DNA from: Marsupella aquatica
Lineage: Eukaryota > Plantae > Marchantiophyta
DNA: 64,000 nt
NCBI GenBank assembly: GCA_973895155.1
Contig: OZ316898.1
Span: forward strand, 3,658,480-3,722,479
Direction of reading: 5' to 3'
Part shown: positions 13,696-26,000 of the stretch, in pieces
How positions within the stretch are numbered: position 1 is the stretch's first letter
How the letters are laid out: each line of letters begins with the position of its first letter
Translations under genes and position numbers: made by a program
The notes under the pieces: model-generated
Seen by the model: only the letters and a program-made list of their open reading frames with translations
Databases searched by the model: none
What the model was told of the DNA's origin: nothing

Positions 13696-14028
13696 CTCGG
13701 GGGGTCACTTCCACGAAAGTGACACATCACATGCGACGAAGTATAGGCTCATTTAAATGGGTGTGACGGGAGACTTCCAAAGTTTGGTGGAAGAACACAT
13801 AGGGCATGTTTTATTGACTGGTTGACTTTAAAGAACACATAGGCCTATTTAATTGTAAAAAATACTTTCTTAAAATTTTTAGGGGTTTTTTAGTAAAAAA
13901 TGACAAAATTTAAAGAAAGAAAGGGTTTTGCAAAAACAAACAAATTCACTTGTAAGTTAGGGGGGTCAAACCCTAAAACATTGCACGCGATGTATGGCCC
14001 TCCATATGGTGACCCCCCCCCCCCCAAG
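13696..14028. mobile_element. MITE / non-autonomous TIR DNA transposon, 333 bp, 8-bp TSD
   Basis: TSD ATGGTAAG at 13688-13695 and 14029-14036. Inverted ends CTCGGGGGGTCAC...GTGAC(C)nAAG, AT-rich interior. The empty site (ggatgataagagaggg) is present in copy B at ~47588-47603. Confidence 0.85.
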
Positions 14029-14103
14029 ATGGTAAGAGAGGGTTTACCAACCTGAAATTGCATCCAGGACCCCTAAGCAAAAAAAACAAAAAAAACAGAC
14101 ACA

Positions 14104-14228
14104 TGTTGAGGAAAAACTCCAACTGTCTCAATTTCTCCCTGGGTATATATATGTGTAAGTATGTGGTAAAGTACAAAGATATCTAATGAAGGTTACGTTA
14201 ACCTTGGGTAAATTAGTATATCTTAACA
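14104..14228 (-). repeat. 3' LTR (125 bp) of the Bianca-like element
   Basis: TG...CA termini (TGTTAAG...CTCAACA on minus), directly after the PPT, with an internal TATATATA. Confidence 0.7.
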
Positions 14229-15101
14229 CTTCCCCTTGATTGTATTATAGGGAATAATGCAAGCAACTATATGCTAGTTTAAAATCTCCGACAAAAACCT
14301 TTAAATATTGTACTTTGTTCTTATGTAGGTGTTGCCTCATTAAAACCCTTTCATACTCATGCGAGAGAAAGAGTACAACCACCTTTACAAATAGGAATAC
14401 AAAATGTATGACTATGAAGGGTACTATAGTGAATCTCTGAGTTTAGATAGTCTCTGTAAACCAATGCCTTGACAATGAATTTGATGTACTGCTAGAGTCA
14501 AAGCTTTCGTAAACAAATTTGCGTGGTTGTCCTTGCCAGCAATGGTCTTCACTTGAATAGTATCGCCTTGTCGTTCATGGGTGAAGAAGAATTTTGGTGC
14601 AATGTGCTTGATGCGGTCTCCTTTAATGAATCCTTTTGATACCTATCTTCTCAACCAAATGCATTCTCTCCTAGTTTCATATAAGGCAATAATTTTGGCA
14701 TGATTAGAGGAAGTACAGGTTAATGTTTGTTTAGTGCTTTTCCATGAAATAGTTGGACTATCATATAAGAATACATATTAACCAGTTGTGATTTAGTGTT
14801 GTCTGGATCTAATAAATATCCAGCATCTATATAACATGTCAAAGTCTGATCAGTAGTATTATTAGAGAAATATAGTCTCATGTCAATGGTTTTTTTAAGG
14901 TAACGTAGTATTCTTTTTATGTCGTTCCAATGACGTATGGTGGGTTGTGCACTGTGTCTAGCTAGTAAATTTACAGTAAATTTTGTGTCTGGTTAGCTAG
15001 GAACATCAATGCTCCTATGGTAGATAAATATGGTTTCTCTGGATCTATTAGTGGTTCATTTTCATTTTGTTTCCTGAATATGTCTTTATCTCTGTCAAGT
15101 G

Positions 15102-15446
15102 TGTTGAGCATAGACGACAATCGCAACGGCAAGCCCATGAACCATCCAACGCACAAGAGTCGACACAGAGAGATACGTGGTTCACCTCCACATGAGGCTA
15201 CGTCCACAGGAACACACAAGAGCTTTACTGCACTCTAGGCTGATCGACCATACCAAACATCCACATCGCAAGCTCTCTCTATCTCTCAACTAGCTCCATA
15301 ACAATGAGCCTGAGTTCCCTCTCTCCAAGCAAACACCGCTAGGTTATAGAGTGTGCACAGCATGACTAACCTAACCAAGTCTGCAACTAAGGTTAGCCTT
15401 AACTACGGTACAGTTGTAACTCTAGACCTAAGAGTAAATCCTAACA
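15102..15446 (-). repeat. 3' LTR of the middle copia element
   Basis: TG...CA termini; about 24 mismatches in 345 bp versus 27743-28087 (manual count). Confidence 0.95.
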
Positions 15447-16361
15447 ATCTCCCCCTTGACTCTGGTCTAGAGGAGGGTAAAGACTGCTACCAATATGATT
15501 GCTCAGCGGGAAGTTTTGGAAAGAAAAATCAAACCGATTTTTCCCTCTTTATACGAGAGTAGACCAGAACTAAGCCGTAGCCTATACAAGGAATGAGCAA
15601 GAGCATATCTCAATATCTACACAAATGTTAAGTAACCCTACTTGTGAGGCAATTGCAAAACCTGCAACGCATCACGGTGTCTAGAAAAACTCTCCAAAGG
15701 AATCACTTTGGTAAAAACGTCAGCCGGGTTAAGTTTACCGTCAATTTTGACTAGCTCAAACATATTATCAGACACAGCTTGCTTGATAAAATGGTACCTG
15801 ACGTCGATGTGCTTCACTCTGCTGTCCATCATCTGGTTCACAACAAGGTGGAGCGCACTCTAACTATCACAATGGAGCTTCACATTCCCCTGTGGCAATC
15901 CCATCTCAGTGATCAGTCTATCCTTGGACCAAATCGCTTCCTTTGCTGCTTTCGCTGCTGCAACATACTTCGCTTCTGTAGTAGACTGAGCAATACACTT
16001 TTGCAAAGTAGACCTCCAACTTATGTATTCACCTCCAAGTGTGAACACATAACCTGTTGTTGACCTCTTTGGATCCAGATCCTGTGCATAGTCAGCATCT
16101 ACATAGCCCATCAATGATCTAGCATTATCAGCATGTGCATCAAACAATAGACCATGATCCACGGTACCCTTCAAATACCGAATAATTCACTTCATTGCTT
16201 CCTAGTGTACCTTCCCTGGATTCGACATGTACTTGCTCACCTTGCCCATAGCCATGGCAAGATCAAGTCTAGTGCAAGTCATCAAATACATGAGACTCCC
16301 CACTGCCTTGTCATACGAAACCTTTGACATCAACCCTTCTCTGTGTCATCCGTAGGACAGA

Positions 16362-16705
16362 TGTTAGATATTGCTCTAGTCTTGTGACTCATGTGCTAAC
16401 CACGGTTAGTCTAACTCGGGTTAGGACTTAGCTAATGTTAGCGGTAGTGTTGTTGTGTATATAGCCAGGGCTGATGCCAAACCCTGGTGGAACTTAGGCT
16501 CATTGTTACGGAGCTAGTTGAGAGATAAGGAGAGCTTGTGCTGTGGATGCTTGGTATGGCTGGTCGGCCTAGAGTGCAGTAAAGCTCTTGTGTGTTCCCG
16601 TGGACGTAGTCTCATGTGGAGGTGAACCACGTATCTCTCTGTGTCGACTCTTGTGCGTTGGATGGTTCATGGGTTTGCCGTTACGAATGTCGTCTATGCT
16701 CAACA
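16362..16705 (+). repeat. 5' LTR of the inner copia element
   Basis: TG...CA termini; 8 mismatches in 344 bp versus the 3' LTR, all transitions (manual count). Confidence 0.97.
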
Positions 16706-18230
16706 AGTGGTATCAGAGCATGCCTGGGAGGTGACGAGGTTTTTTCGTGATAGGTTTTTCCAGCGTTCATTGTCGATGGTACATTCAGAGTTTCGTCGCA
16801 TGAAACTCGATTGTGTGTGGCTGAGTGGATAGGTTAGTGAGAGGGCATTCTAACGGTGGTTAGAGCTCGCTGATCGGTATCCGTGGTGCGGAGGAATTGA
16901 AGTTTGCATCGTTCAGGGTTTATTCGTGTTCGACGGTATTTCGGGGGAGAAACCAGAGATTGTTTCTTCAACGGTGTGAGCTGTGCGGTGTGCGGGGCGT
17001 CGCATGTGATAGTTCAAGTTGAAGGTTGGAGCCTGCTGGTCGTTTTGGTATCTAGTTTGCTGACGTTTGCGAAACGAGTGCGTCGTGACGAGTGAAGGAG
17101 GCGTTCTGGTTTTTTGACAAGCTATGGTGCTTGTTTTTCCCTGAACCAGATTACTTGTCGTGACGCTTGACTTGGAGAAAGAAACGCGAAGTGCTGAGGC
17201 TCAACGGAGAGATCGTGGCGAGACGGTCGTTTTGAGTCCGGGATTGGCACTTGACGCGGAGTGAAGGCGACGCAACTGAAGGTCTTTCTCTGGTGGAGCT
17301 TTAGACGTGCCGGTGCAATTCGGAAACATTTTCATGTCGGTGGTCATCACTTTTCTCATTGGAAACCAAAGCGGAGGCGGCTGAGGTTTGTAACACGGCC
17401 TTTGTGTCATTTTGGGCACATTTTTAAGGTTAGTTTAGGGCATTTTTTGCCCCAATACGGCCCCAATACCCGACAAACCAGGTTTGCCATACGCCCCGGC
17501 GTGCACACTGGCCTCCCACACCCCTTTAAGCGCGAAAACATGCTTTTTTGGGCCCAAATATGCCCAAAAATGCCCATATACGGCCCCAAAACGTGAAAAT
17601 ATGCGCATTTTGACCCCTTTAAACCCATTTTTTCACGTTTTTTGCTGTTTATATGCGATTCCGGCCGCGAATACGCGCGCGATACCGCGAATATTCGCGC
17701 CTCTGCCAACGGCTTTAAGACCCCTTTAGAGTGTGTTTTTCTGAAATTTTTTTTCTCTCCTCCTCATTGGTTGTGCCTCATCCGGGCCCTGTGACCCTCC
17801 GTTTTAACCGCTCCGACAGGGGGAACGGCCCCCTGTGAGCCCTGTTGGACTGTGCGGGAATATTCCCAAAAAACAGAGAGCTGTTTTTCGGCCGTCACAC
17901 AAAGATTCCGTCCGCCGCACGGTAACTTTTTTGGTTTTTTTTTGGTGAGGAGGTTGCCACTGGAGTTAGCAACGCAGCGCACTGATCACATCACGATTCC
18001 GACGACAGGTTGTACTTGGTATTTTGATTATTCTCCGAGGTGGTCAAAACGGGGGAGTTTCCCAAGGTTTTACCCACCCCGACCGAAATTTGAATAACTT
18101 TTCCGTCGAATTTTGATTTTGATTTTGGATTTCAGTATTGGACTCCTAGCTTCGTGGGCTATGCGGCGGTGTTGAGTTTTGAGTTTTATGAGAAGTTTCA
18201 AAAAAAGACATTTTTTCGTGATTGTTTCAT

Positions 18231-19286
18231 ATGAGTGACTCGGAGGATACTAGAAGAATTGGCGTCGGTGGAGCTTCAGGATCGCGACGGTCAGACGGAG
18301 AGTCTGAGGAGGAGCTACTACCGTTTGAGGAGGAACTTATAACACCGGTACGATCACCGGTGCGGCGTGCAGTGGAGGAAGCTGTGTTACTACCAGAGCT
18401 GTCAGTAGTAGGAAAGAAGAGGGAGATGGCTAGATTTGGAGGAGTGAAGTTTGAGGTGGAGAAGTACGATGGTCGTACTGATTACTTGCTCTGGGAGAAG
18501 CAAGTGAAGGGTGTTCTACGGGCCATGGGCTTAGCTCATCTGCTTTCATCGCGAGAGCAGTATGATGGAGAGGAGGAGATTTCAGTGAGGCAATGGAGAC
18601 AAGAGCAGGTGATTGCTGTCAATGCAGTGATGCTATATCTCAAGCTGCACATCATCAAGCAGTTGGATGATTATGCGGATTGCGCTTCACTGTTCAAGGC
18701 TCTAAGAGAGAAGTACTACCGGGAAGATGCGTCAGACCGGCTGTACAAGAAGTCTCTCTTGATGAGCCTCAGGCTCAAGGAAGCGAGCAAGATGCAGGAT
18801 CACCTGGATGAGTTTGACAGTCTAGCGGTGGATCTGTCAAACCTGGGAAAAGGAGTTGAAGATGAGGATAAGGCCTTGCTTCTGCTAAGCTCCTTACCGT
18901 CGTCTTATCAGGGCTTGAAACAGGTTCTCTTGTACAGAGATCTGAAGTCCATTTCATATAATGAGGTGGTGAGCTCATTACTGTCTGATGATGCTCAGAA
19001 GAAGCTGGGTCAATCACAGACAGCATCTTCTTCTGGCACTGCGCTCAATGTGAACAGGGGAAGAGCAGCGCAGCGCACGAATGGACAGAACAGGTTTAGA
19101 TCTACATCACGGGGGAGATCTAAATCTAGAGGAAAATCGCAAGAGAGGAAGCCTCTTGCATGTTGGAATTGTGGCAAGTCTGGCCACATGAAAAGGGATT
19201 GTCGAGTAAAGGTCCCTACTGCCTCTGCTAATGCGGCATCGAGCTCGCATGAGGTAGATTTACTCGATGATGATGACATATTGTGA
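18231..19286 (+). CDS. gag: Gag of the inner copia element (UBN2-type gag with CCHC zinc knuckle)
   Basis: ATG at 18231 (MSDSE, also found in the middle element). Motifs VKFEVEKYDG, DKALLLLSSLPSSY and CWNCGKSGHMKRDC. The ORF is open. Confidence 0.85.
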   Translation: MSDSEDTRRIGVGGASGSRRSDGESEEELLPFEEELITPVRSPVRRAVEEAVLLPELSVVGKKREMARFGGVKFEVEKYDGRTDYLLWEKQVKGVLRAMGLAHLLSSREQYDGEEEISVRQWRQEQVIAVNAVMLYLKLHIIKQLDDYADCASLFKALREKYYREDASDRLYKKSLLMSLRLKEASKMQDHLDEFDSLAVDLSNLGKGVEDEDKALLLLSSLPSSYQGLKQVLLYRDLKSISYNEVVSSLLSDDAQKKLGQSQTASSSGTALNVNRGRAAQRTNGQNRFRSTSRGRSKSRGKSQERKPLACWNCGKSGHMKRDCRVKVPTASANAASSSHEVDLLDDDDIL

Positions 19287-22200
19287 TGTCAAGGTTATGC
19301 TCTCAACGTAGTGTCAAATCCAGGTAGTGATGATTGGATTCTAGATAGTGCATGTACTTTTCACATTTACTCTAGGAGAGATTGTTTCAGTTCTTACATG
19401 GTTTCCCATGAATAGAATCCCATGTCAAGTTGTTGGACTTGGATCTGTAAGATTTCAGATGTTTGATGGTGTTGTGAGAACGTTGAGGAATGTGAGACAT
19501 ATTCTCAGCATGATGAAAAATCTCATTTCACTTGGAGTTTTAGAAGCAAATGGCCATCAGTGGAGCTCTGCTAATGGTGTCCTTCAGGTTTCAACTGGTA
19601 CTAAAGTTGTATTGAAGGGAAAGAGACATAGCAATCTATACGTTTTGGAGGGCAGTGTAGTTTGTGATGAAGCCAATGTAACCTTATCTCATGAGGAGAC
19701 GGCCCGGTTGTGGCACTTCTGTTTGGGCCACATGAGTGAAAAAGGTTTGGTTATTCTTCAGAAGAAATGATTACTTTCTAATTTGCAATCTTGTAAGTTG
19801 GAATTTTGTGAGCACTGTGTGCTAGGGAAGCAGCACATGAAACCCTTCGGAGTTGGAACTCACACCAGCAAGGAGGTAATTGAGTATGTACATAGTGATG
19901 TGTGGGGTCCAGCCCCTACTCCCTCACATTCTGGACGGTTATACTATGTCACGTTCATAGATGATTACTCAAGGTATGTGTGGATATACTTTCTACACAA
20001 TAAGTCTGATATTTTTGCCACTTTTAAGGAGTGGAAAACCCAAGTTGAGAATCAGACTGGTAATAAGGTGAGATATCTTCGATCGGATAACGGCGGTGAA
20101 TATAGTTCCGGGGAATTTGGAACGTATTGTGAGGAGGAGGGGATTACCCGCTATCTTACAACAAGTTATACTCCTCAGCAGAATGGTGTTTCTGAGAGAC
20201 TCAACCGAACACTATTGGACCGCTCGAGGAGTATGTTGAGTCAATCATGCTTACCATATGAGTTTTGGGCTGAAACTGTCAACACTGCAGCTTATTTGGT
20301 AAATTTTTCTCCATCCAGTTCTATTGGATTCAAGACGCCATTTGAAATGAGGTACGGGCGTCCAGCAGATTACTCACATCTGAGGATTTTTGGATGTGAT
20401 GCTTATGTGCTTACACCTTCCCAGCTTCGATCCAAGCTGGAGTCCAAGTCAAAGAAGTGCATTTTCCTTGGCTATCAGAAAGGTGTGAAGGGTTATAGGT
20501 TATGGGATCCAGTAACCTATAAGCTGATTGTCAGTATAGATGTATCCTTTAATGAGTCCAGATCATCAAAGGAGGGGGAGAGTTCTCAGGACTCCTATAC
20601 TGACAAGGGGAAATCTCCCATCCCGGACCGGGTTGAGGGGGAGATTAGTCATGATGCAGTTCATGACAGGAGAGATGGAGAAGCTCCGGGCTTGGAGTTG
20701 GTTCCTGTGATGGAACAAGAGGAGCAAATTGTTGTTGGGGTACCTCAAATTCAACCAGCAGCAGCAATAGATCAGCCTGAGTCACCTACTAGAAGAACTT
20801 CCAGTCGTTCTACTAGAGCTCCTACCAGGTATGGTCAATGGGCAGACTCATCTAAGCTAGATGATATTGACATTGCACCTGATGAAGATGATATGGCTTT
20901 GATCTTGGAAGAAGGAGAGCCTTCTTCGTACAATGAGGCTTGTGCTTCAAAGCAGAAGCATGAGTGGAATGCAGCAATGCAGAGGGAGTTGCAATCTTTG
21001 AGTGACAACAAGACATGGGAGCTGGTGGAGCTTCCAAGAGGTCAGCAAGTGGTGGACAGTAAGTGGATTTACAAGTTGAAGGACAGCCCTTCAGAGGGTG
21101 GAGATAAGATCTACAAGGCAAGGCTTGTTGCCAAGGGGTTCACTCAGGAGAAAGGAGTGGACTACAATGAGGTCTTTTCACCGGTGGCGAAGTATTCCAC
21201 AATACGGATCTTGTGTCAGCTTGTTGTGTTTTTTGGTCTGGTGATGGATCAGATGGATGTTGTTACTGCTTTTCTCTATGGCAACTTGGAAGAGTTGATC
21301 TTCATGAGACAGCCACTAGGCTTTATGAAGAAGGGCCAAGAGAACTTAGTTTGCAGATTGCTCAAGTCCTTGTATGGATTGAAGTAGTCTCCCAGACAGT
21401 GGAACAAGCGGTTTGATGATTTCATGCTTGCTCAAGGTTTTACAAGGATGGTGTATGATCCTTGTGTGTATACGAAATCAGTCAAGAATGATGTATTTGG
21501 TTTCATCATTCTGGTGATCTATGTGGATGACATGCTGATTGTGGCTAAAGATCAATTTGAGGTTGACAGTCTCAAGGCGAAATTGAGTGCTGAATTCAGG
21601 ATGAAGGATCTTGGTAAGGCCAAGAGGATCTTAGGGATGGAGATTTTTAGGAACTCTGAGACTGGACAGTTGTGCTTGAGTCAAGGCCAGTATGCGAGGA
21701 AAGTACTTGCACGATTCAACATGGAGAACTGTAAGCCAGTGAGTATTCCTTTAGCTTCACATTTCAAGTTATCATCGGCTTTCTCTCCTACGGATGCTGT
21801 GGAGAAAGGTCTGATGGCTAAGATTCCTTATGAGAAGGCAGTAGGCAGTCTGATGTATTTGATGACTTGTACTAGGCCTGACTTGGCCCTAGCAATGGGC
21901 AAGGTCAACAGATTCATGTCAAATCCAGGGAAGGTACATTGGGAAGCTGTGAAATGGATTCTCAGGTATGTGAGGGGAACACAGGACTATGGATTACTAT
22001 TTGATAAAAGATCAAATAGAACGTTAGTTGGCTATGTAGATTCTGACTATGGAGGCTGTCTGGATACAAGGAGATCTACAACTGGGTTTGTATACACTCT
22101 TGGAGGAGGATGTATCAGTTGGAAATCTACCTTGCAGAAGTGCATATCTCAGTCTACTACAGAAGCAGAGTATGTTGCAGCAGTAGAAGCAGCAAAGGAA

Positions 22201-22488
22201 GCAATTTGGTTGGATAAGTTGATCGCGGAGATGGGTTTAGAGCATGGAAAAATGACTCTAAATTGTGATAGTCAGAGTGCTCTTCACTTGGCTGCTAACC
22301 AGGTGATAGATAGCAGGGTGAAGCACATTGATATCAGGTACCATTTTATCAGGCAAGCAGTGTTTGATAAAACTTTTGAGCTAGTCAAGATTGATGGAAA
22401 GCTCAATCCCGCTGATGCCTTTACCAAAGTGATTCCTTTGGAGAGTTTCTCAAGACACCGTGCTACTTTGCAGGTTTTGCAGTTGTAA
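19287..22488 (+). pseudogene. pol: Disrupted pol (protease-integrase-RT-RNase H) of the inner copia element
   Basis: Motifs WILDSAC (19335), HSDVWGP, LRSDNGGEY, YKARLVAKGFTQ, YVDDM, KHIDIRYHFIR, NPADAFTK. A frameshifting deletion lies at ~19405 and premature stops at 19768-19770 and 21385-21387. Confidence 0.9.
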
Positions 22489-22694
22489 TGCAAGTAGAGT
22501 TATTTAGCAATGTGAGACTATTTGTATATGGATTACTCATTCCTTTTGGCTACGGTTTAGTTCTAGTTAACCCTTAGTTAACCCTTGTGGTTTTTAGGGG
22601 GAGACCTGGTTTGGTGATTGTCTAGAACTTCCCGCTGAGGATTCCATATGGTTGCATTTAGTCCAGTCCCCAAGACAAGAGTCAAGGGGGAGTT

Positions 22695-23038
22695 TGTTAG
22701 ATATTGCTCTAGTCTTGTGACTCATGTGCTAACCACGGTTAGTCTAACTCGGGTTAGGACTTAGCTAATGTTAGCAGTAGTGCTGTTGTGTATATAGCCA
22801 GGGCTGATGCCAGACCCTGGTGGAACTTAGGCTCATTGTTACGGAGCTAGTTAAGAGATAAGGAGAGCTTGTGCTGTGGATGCTTGGTATGGCCGGTCGG
22901 CCTAGAGTGCAGTAAAGCTCTTGTGTGTTCCCGTGGACGTAGCCTCATGTGGAGGTGAACCACGTATCTCTCTGTGTTGACTCTTGTGCGTTGGATGGTT
23001 CATGGGTTTGCCGTTATGAATGTCGTCTATGCTCAACA
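22695..23038 (+). repeat. 3' LTR of the inner copia element
   Basis: Direct repeat of 16362-16705, preceded by the PPT. Confidence 0.97.
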
Positions 23039-26000
23039 ACAGAAAGCTGATGATAACTTGAAGTGTGGAGCCAGCGGGGTACTCACTGGCTTACTATCCC
23101 CCATGTTGAACCTTACAATTACCTTCCTCACATAATTGCTATGCGTCAACCATAGCTTACCAGCCTCCAAGTCCCTAGTGATCTCCATACCCAAAATTCT
23201 CTTAGCTGGCCCTAAGTCCTTCATCTTAAACTCTGCACTTAGCAGTGCCTTGAGCTTAACAATCTTAGATTTATCCTTGGCCGCAATAAGCATGTCATCC
23301 ACATAAAGTACTAAAACAATGAACCCAAAGACAACATTCTTCACCGGTTTAAGATATACACAAGGGTCAAACACACTTTGGTGAAAGCCTTGTGCACGAA
23401 TCCAATCATCAAACTGCTTATTCCACTGTCTTGGTGACTGCTTCAACCCATACAAGGATCTCAGCAATCTGCAAACCAAATCTTTTTGTCTTTTCTTCAC
23501 AAAACCTAGCGGCTGTCTCATGAAGATCACCTCTTTCAAGGTGCCATAGAGGAAAGTTGTGACAACATCCATCTGATCTAGCAGCAGACCAAACATTACA
23601 ACAAGCACACACAATAGCCGTATTGTTGAGTAGTTAGCAACTGGTGAGAAGACCTCATTGTAATCCACACTTTTTTCCTGTGTGAATCCCTTGGCTATCA
23701 ACCTAGCCTTGTAGACCTTTGATCCACCTCTCGTGGATTGATCCTTTAGCTTGTATATCCACTTGCCGTCCCTAAGGCAACTTGACAAGCTCCCAAGTTT
23801 TGTTGTCTTTCAATGACTGCATCTCCATTTGCATTGCTGTAGTCCACTTCTGCTTCTCCTTTGAAGCACTTGCTCCATGAAATGAAGAAGGTTCCCCTTC
23901 TTCCAATTTCAACGCATCACCCTCATCATCAGTAACAAAATCCTCCTCTTTCAACTGAGATGAATCAACCCACTGTCCATACCTTGGTGGAGCATGTACA
24001 GTGCAACCAGATGTTCTTCTAGCCGATGACTCCGATTGATCTGCGTGTGCTGGTACAATTTGAAGCTCAGCAGCATCCACTTGCTACTCACCAACATCAA
24101 CAAACTCCTCTGGTTCCTCTGGCACAAGAACCAACTCCATAATTGGAGCAACTCCTTCTCTCCGGTCATGCAACTCATGACCAATCTCCCCCTCAACGAG
24201 ATCCGGGATAGGAGATTTTCCCCCTCCTTCAATAATCTGGATTCATTGTAAAAAACATCCCTACTGACAACGAGCTTATAGGCAATAGGATCCCATAGCC
24301 TGTATGCTTTCACACCACTCTGGTACCCAAGAAAAACACATTTATTGGAGGTAGGATCCAACTTGGTCCTATTCTACTTAGGTGTAAGAGCATATGCATC
24401 ACTTCTAAAAACTACCAAGCCATGATAGTCTGCTTGCTGCTTATAGCGCATCTCAAACGGCGTTTTGAAATTGATAGCACTAGAAGGAGAAAGATTTACC
24501 AAATAAGCTCCAGTATTGACAGCTTTTACCCAAAATTCTTGTGGTAAACCTGATTGACTCAACATACTCCATGACCACTCCGATAGTTTTCGATTGAGCC
24601 TCTCAACGACACTATTCTGCTGTGGAGTATAAACTGTGGTGAGATGGTGAGTTATCCCCTGTTTTGAACAATACTCTTCAAATTCCACTGAAGGGTATTC
24701 CCTGTCGTTGTCTAATCTCGGACTCTTCAACCTTGTATCCAAACACTTGACCGTGTTTCCAGTCTGATTCTCCTTCTAGGTCTTCCACTTCTTAAAAATG
24801 GACAAGACATCAGACTTATGCATCATGAAATAAATCCACACAAATCTTGAGTAATCGTCAATAAATGATACATAGTACAACTTTCCAAAGTGTGAGGGAG
24901 TCGGGGATGGACCCCACACGTCACTATGTATGTACTCAAGAACCGCTTTGGAACGATGAGTTCCAACACCGAAAGCATGATGATGCTGCTTTCCTAGAAT
25001 GCAATACTCACAAAACTCTAATTTACAAGACTGCAAATCAAAAATGAGTCCATTCTCCCGTAAGATAGCCAAACCCTTCTCACTCATGTGGCCTAGCCAT
25101 GAATGCCATAGTTGAGTCATCTCCTCGTGAGACTTGGTTACATTGACCTCTCCACATACAGTATTGCCTTGCAACACATACAAATTCTTTTGTCTGTTCC
25201 CCTTCAAAATCACTGTCTCTCCCGACCTGACTTGAACTTCACCATCAATAACGCTCCATTGATGACCATTTGAATCCAACACACCAAGTGAAATCAAATT
25301 CTTACGCATGCCAGGTACATACCTGACTCCGGACACTGTGCGCACAACACCATCAAACATTTGAATCTTCACAGACCATCAGCCCTAGCCACATTTGCCG
25401 ATGAAGATTCAGCTGCCTTTCCCTTATAGTCTCGCTTGAAGTGTCCGACCTGGTTGCACTTCCAACATGTCACCTGCCTCCTCTGAGGGGATTTGCCCCA
25501 GGACTTAGATCTAGATTTAGATCTAAAATGGATTCTACGGTCCCCAGTTGGTTGCTGCATACTCCTCCCACGGTTAACATTGAGGGCAGCACGAGATGAT
25601 GAAGGCTGTGACGTGATGTGCACCTTCTGTTGAAGATCATCACTAAGCAGATAACTTATCACGTCATTGTATGAAATGGTATCTCTATCACGATGCAACA
25701 ACATCCATGATAGGGACTGGTAAGATGGAGGCAATGAACTAAGAAGCCGTAGAGCCTTCGTCTCATCATTCAAAGTCTCCCCAAGGTTTTCCAAGTCAAT
25801 GACCATGTCGTTGAAAGCATCCACATGGTCCTGCAACTTTGTATCGGTTTCCTTTATCCTGAAACTCATCAATTTATAGGAAGTGTAGAGCCGGTTCGAC
25901 AACTCCTTGCGGTGATACTTGCTCTGATTTTCCGCAAACAAAGATATGCAATCCTTATGTGCACCCAACTGCTTGATAATGGGAGGCATGAGATAGAGTG

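Larger units (their letters stand above)
16362..23038 (+). mobile_element. Full-length Ty1/copia LTR retrotransposon, Tork/Tnt1-like (inner element), structurally complete but with inactivating lesions
   Basis: 344-bp LTRs at 16362-16705 and 22695-23038. PBS TGGTATCAGAGC at 16708-16719, PPT AAGGGGGAG at 22684-22692, TSD ACAGA (16357-16361 and 23039-23043). Domain order is gag-PR-IN-RT-RH. Confidence 0.97.

Noticed and set aside
16708-16719. tRNA-Met-like sequence (also 27729-27740)
   Set aside because: Only 12-nt primer-binding sites of the retroelements, not tRNA genes.
19254-19323. Intron removing the gag stop codon
   Set aside because: The candidate GT-AG introns (40, 58 and 70 nt) all shift the frame away from protease.
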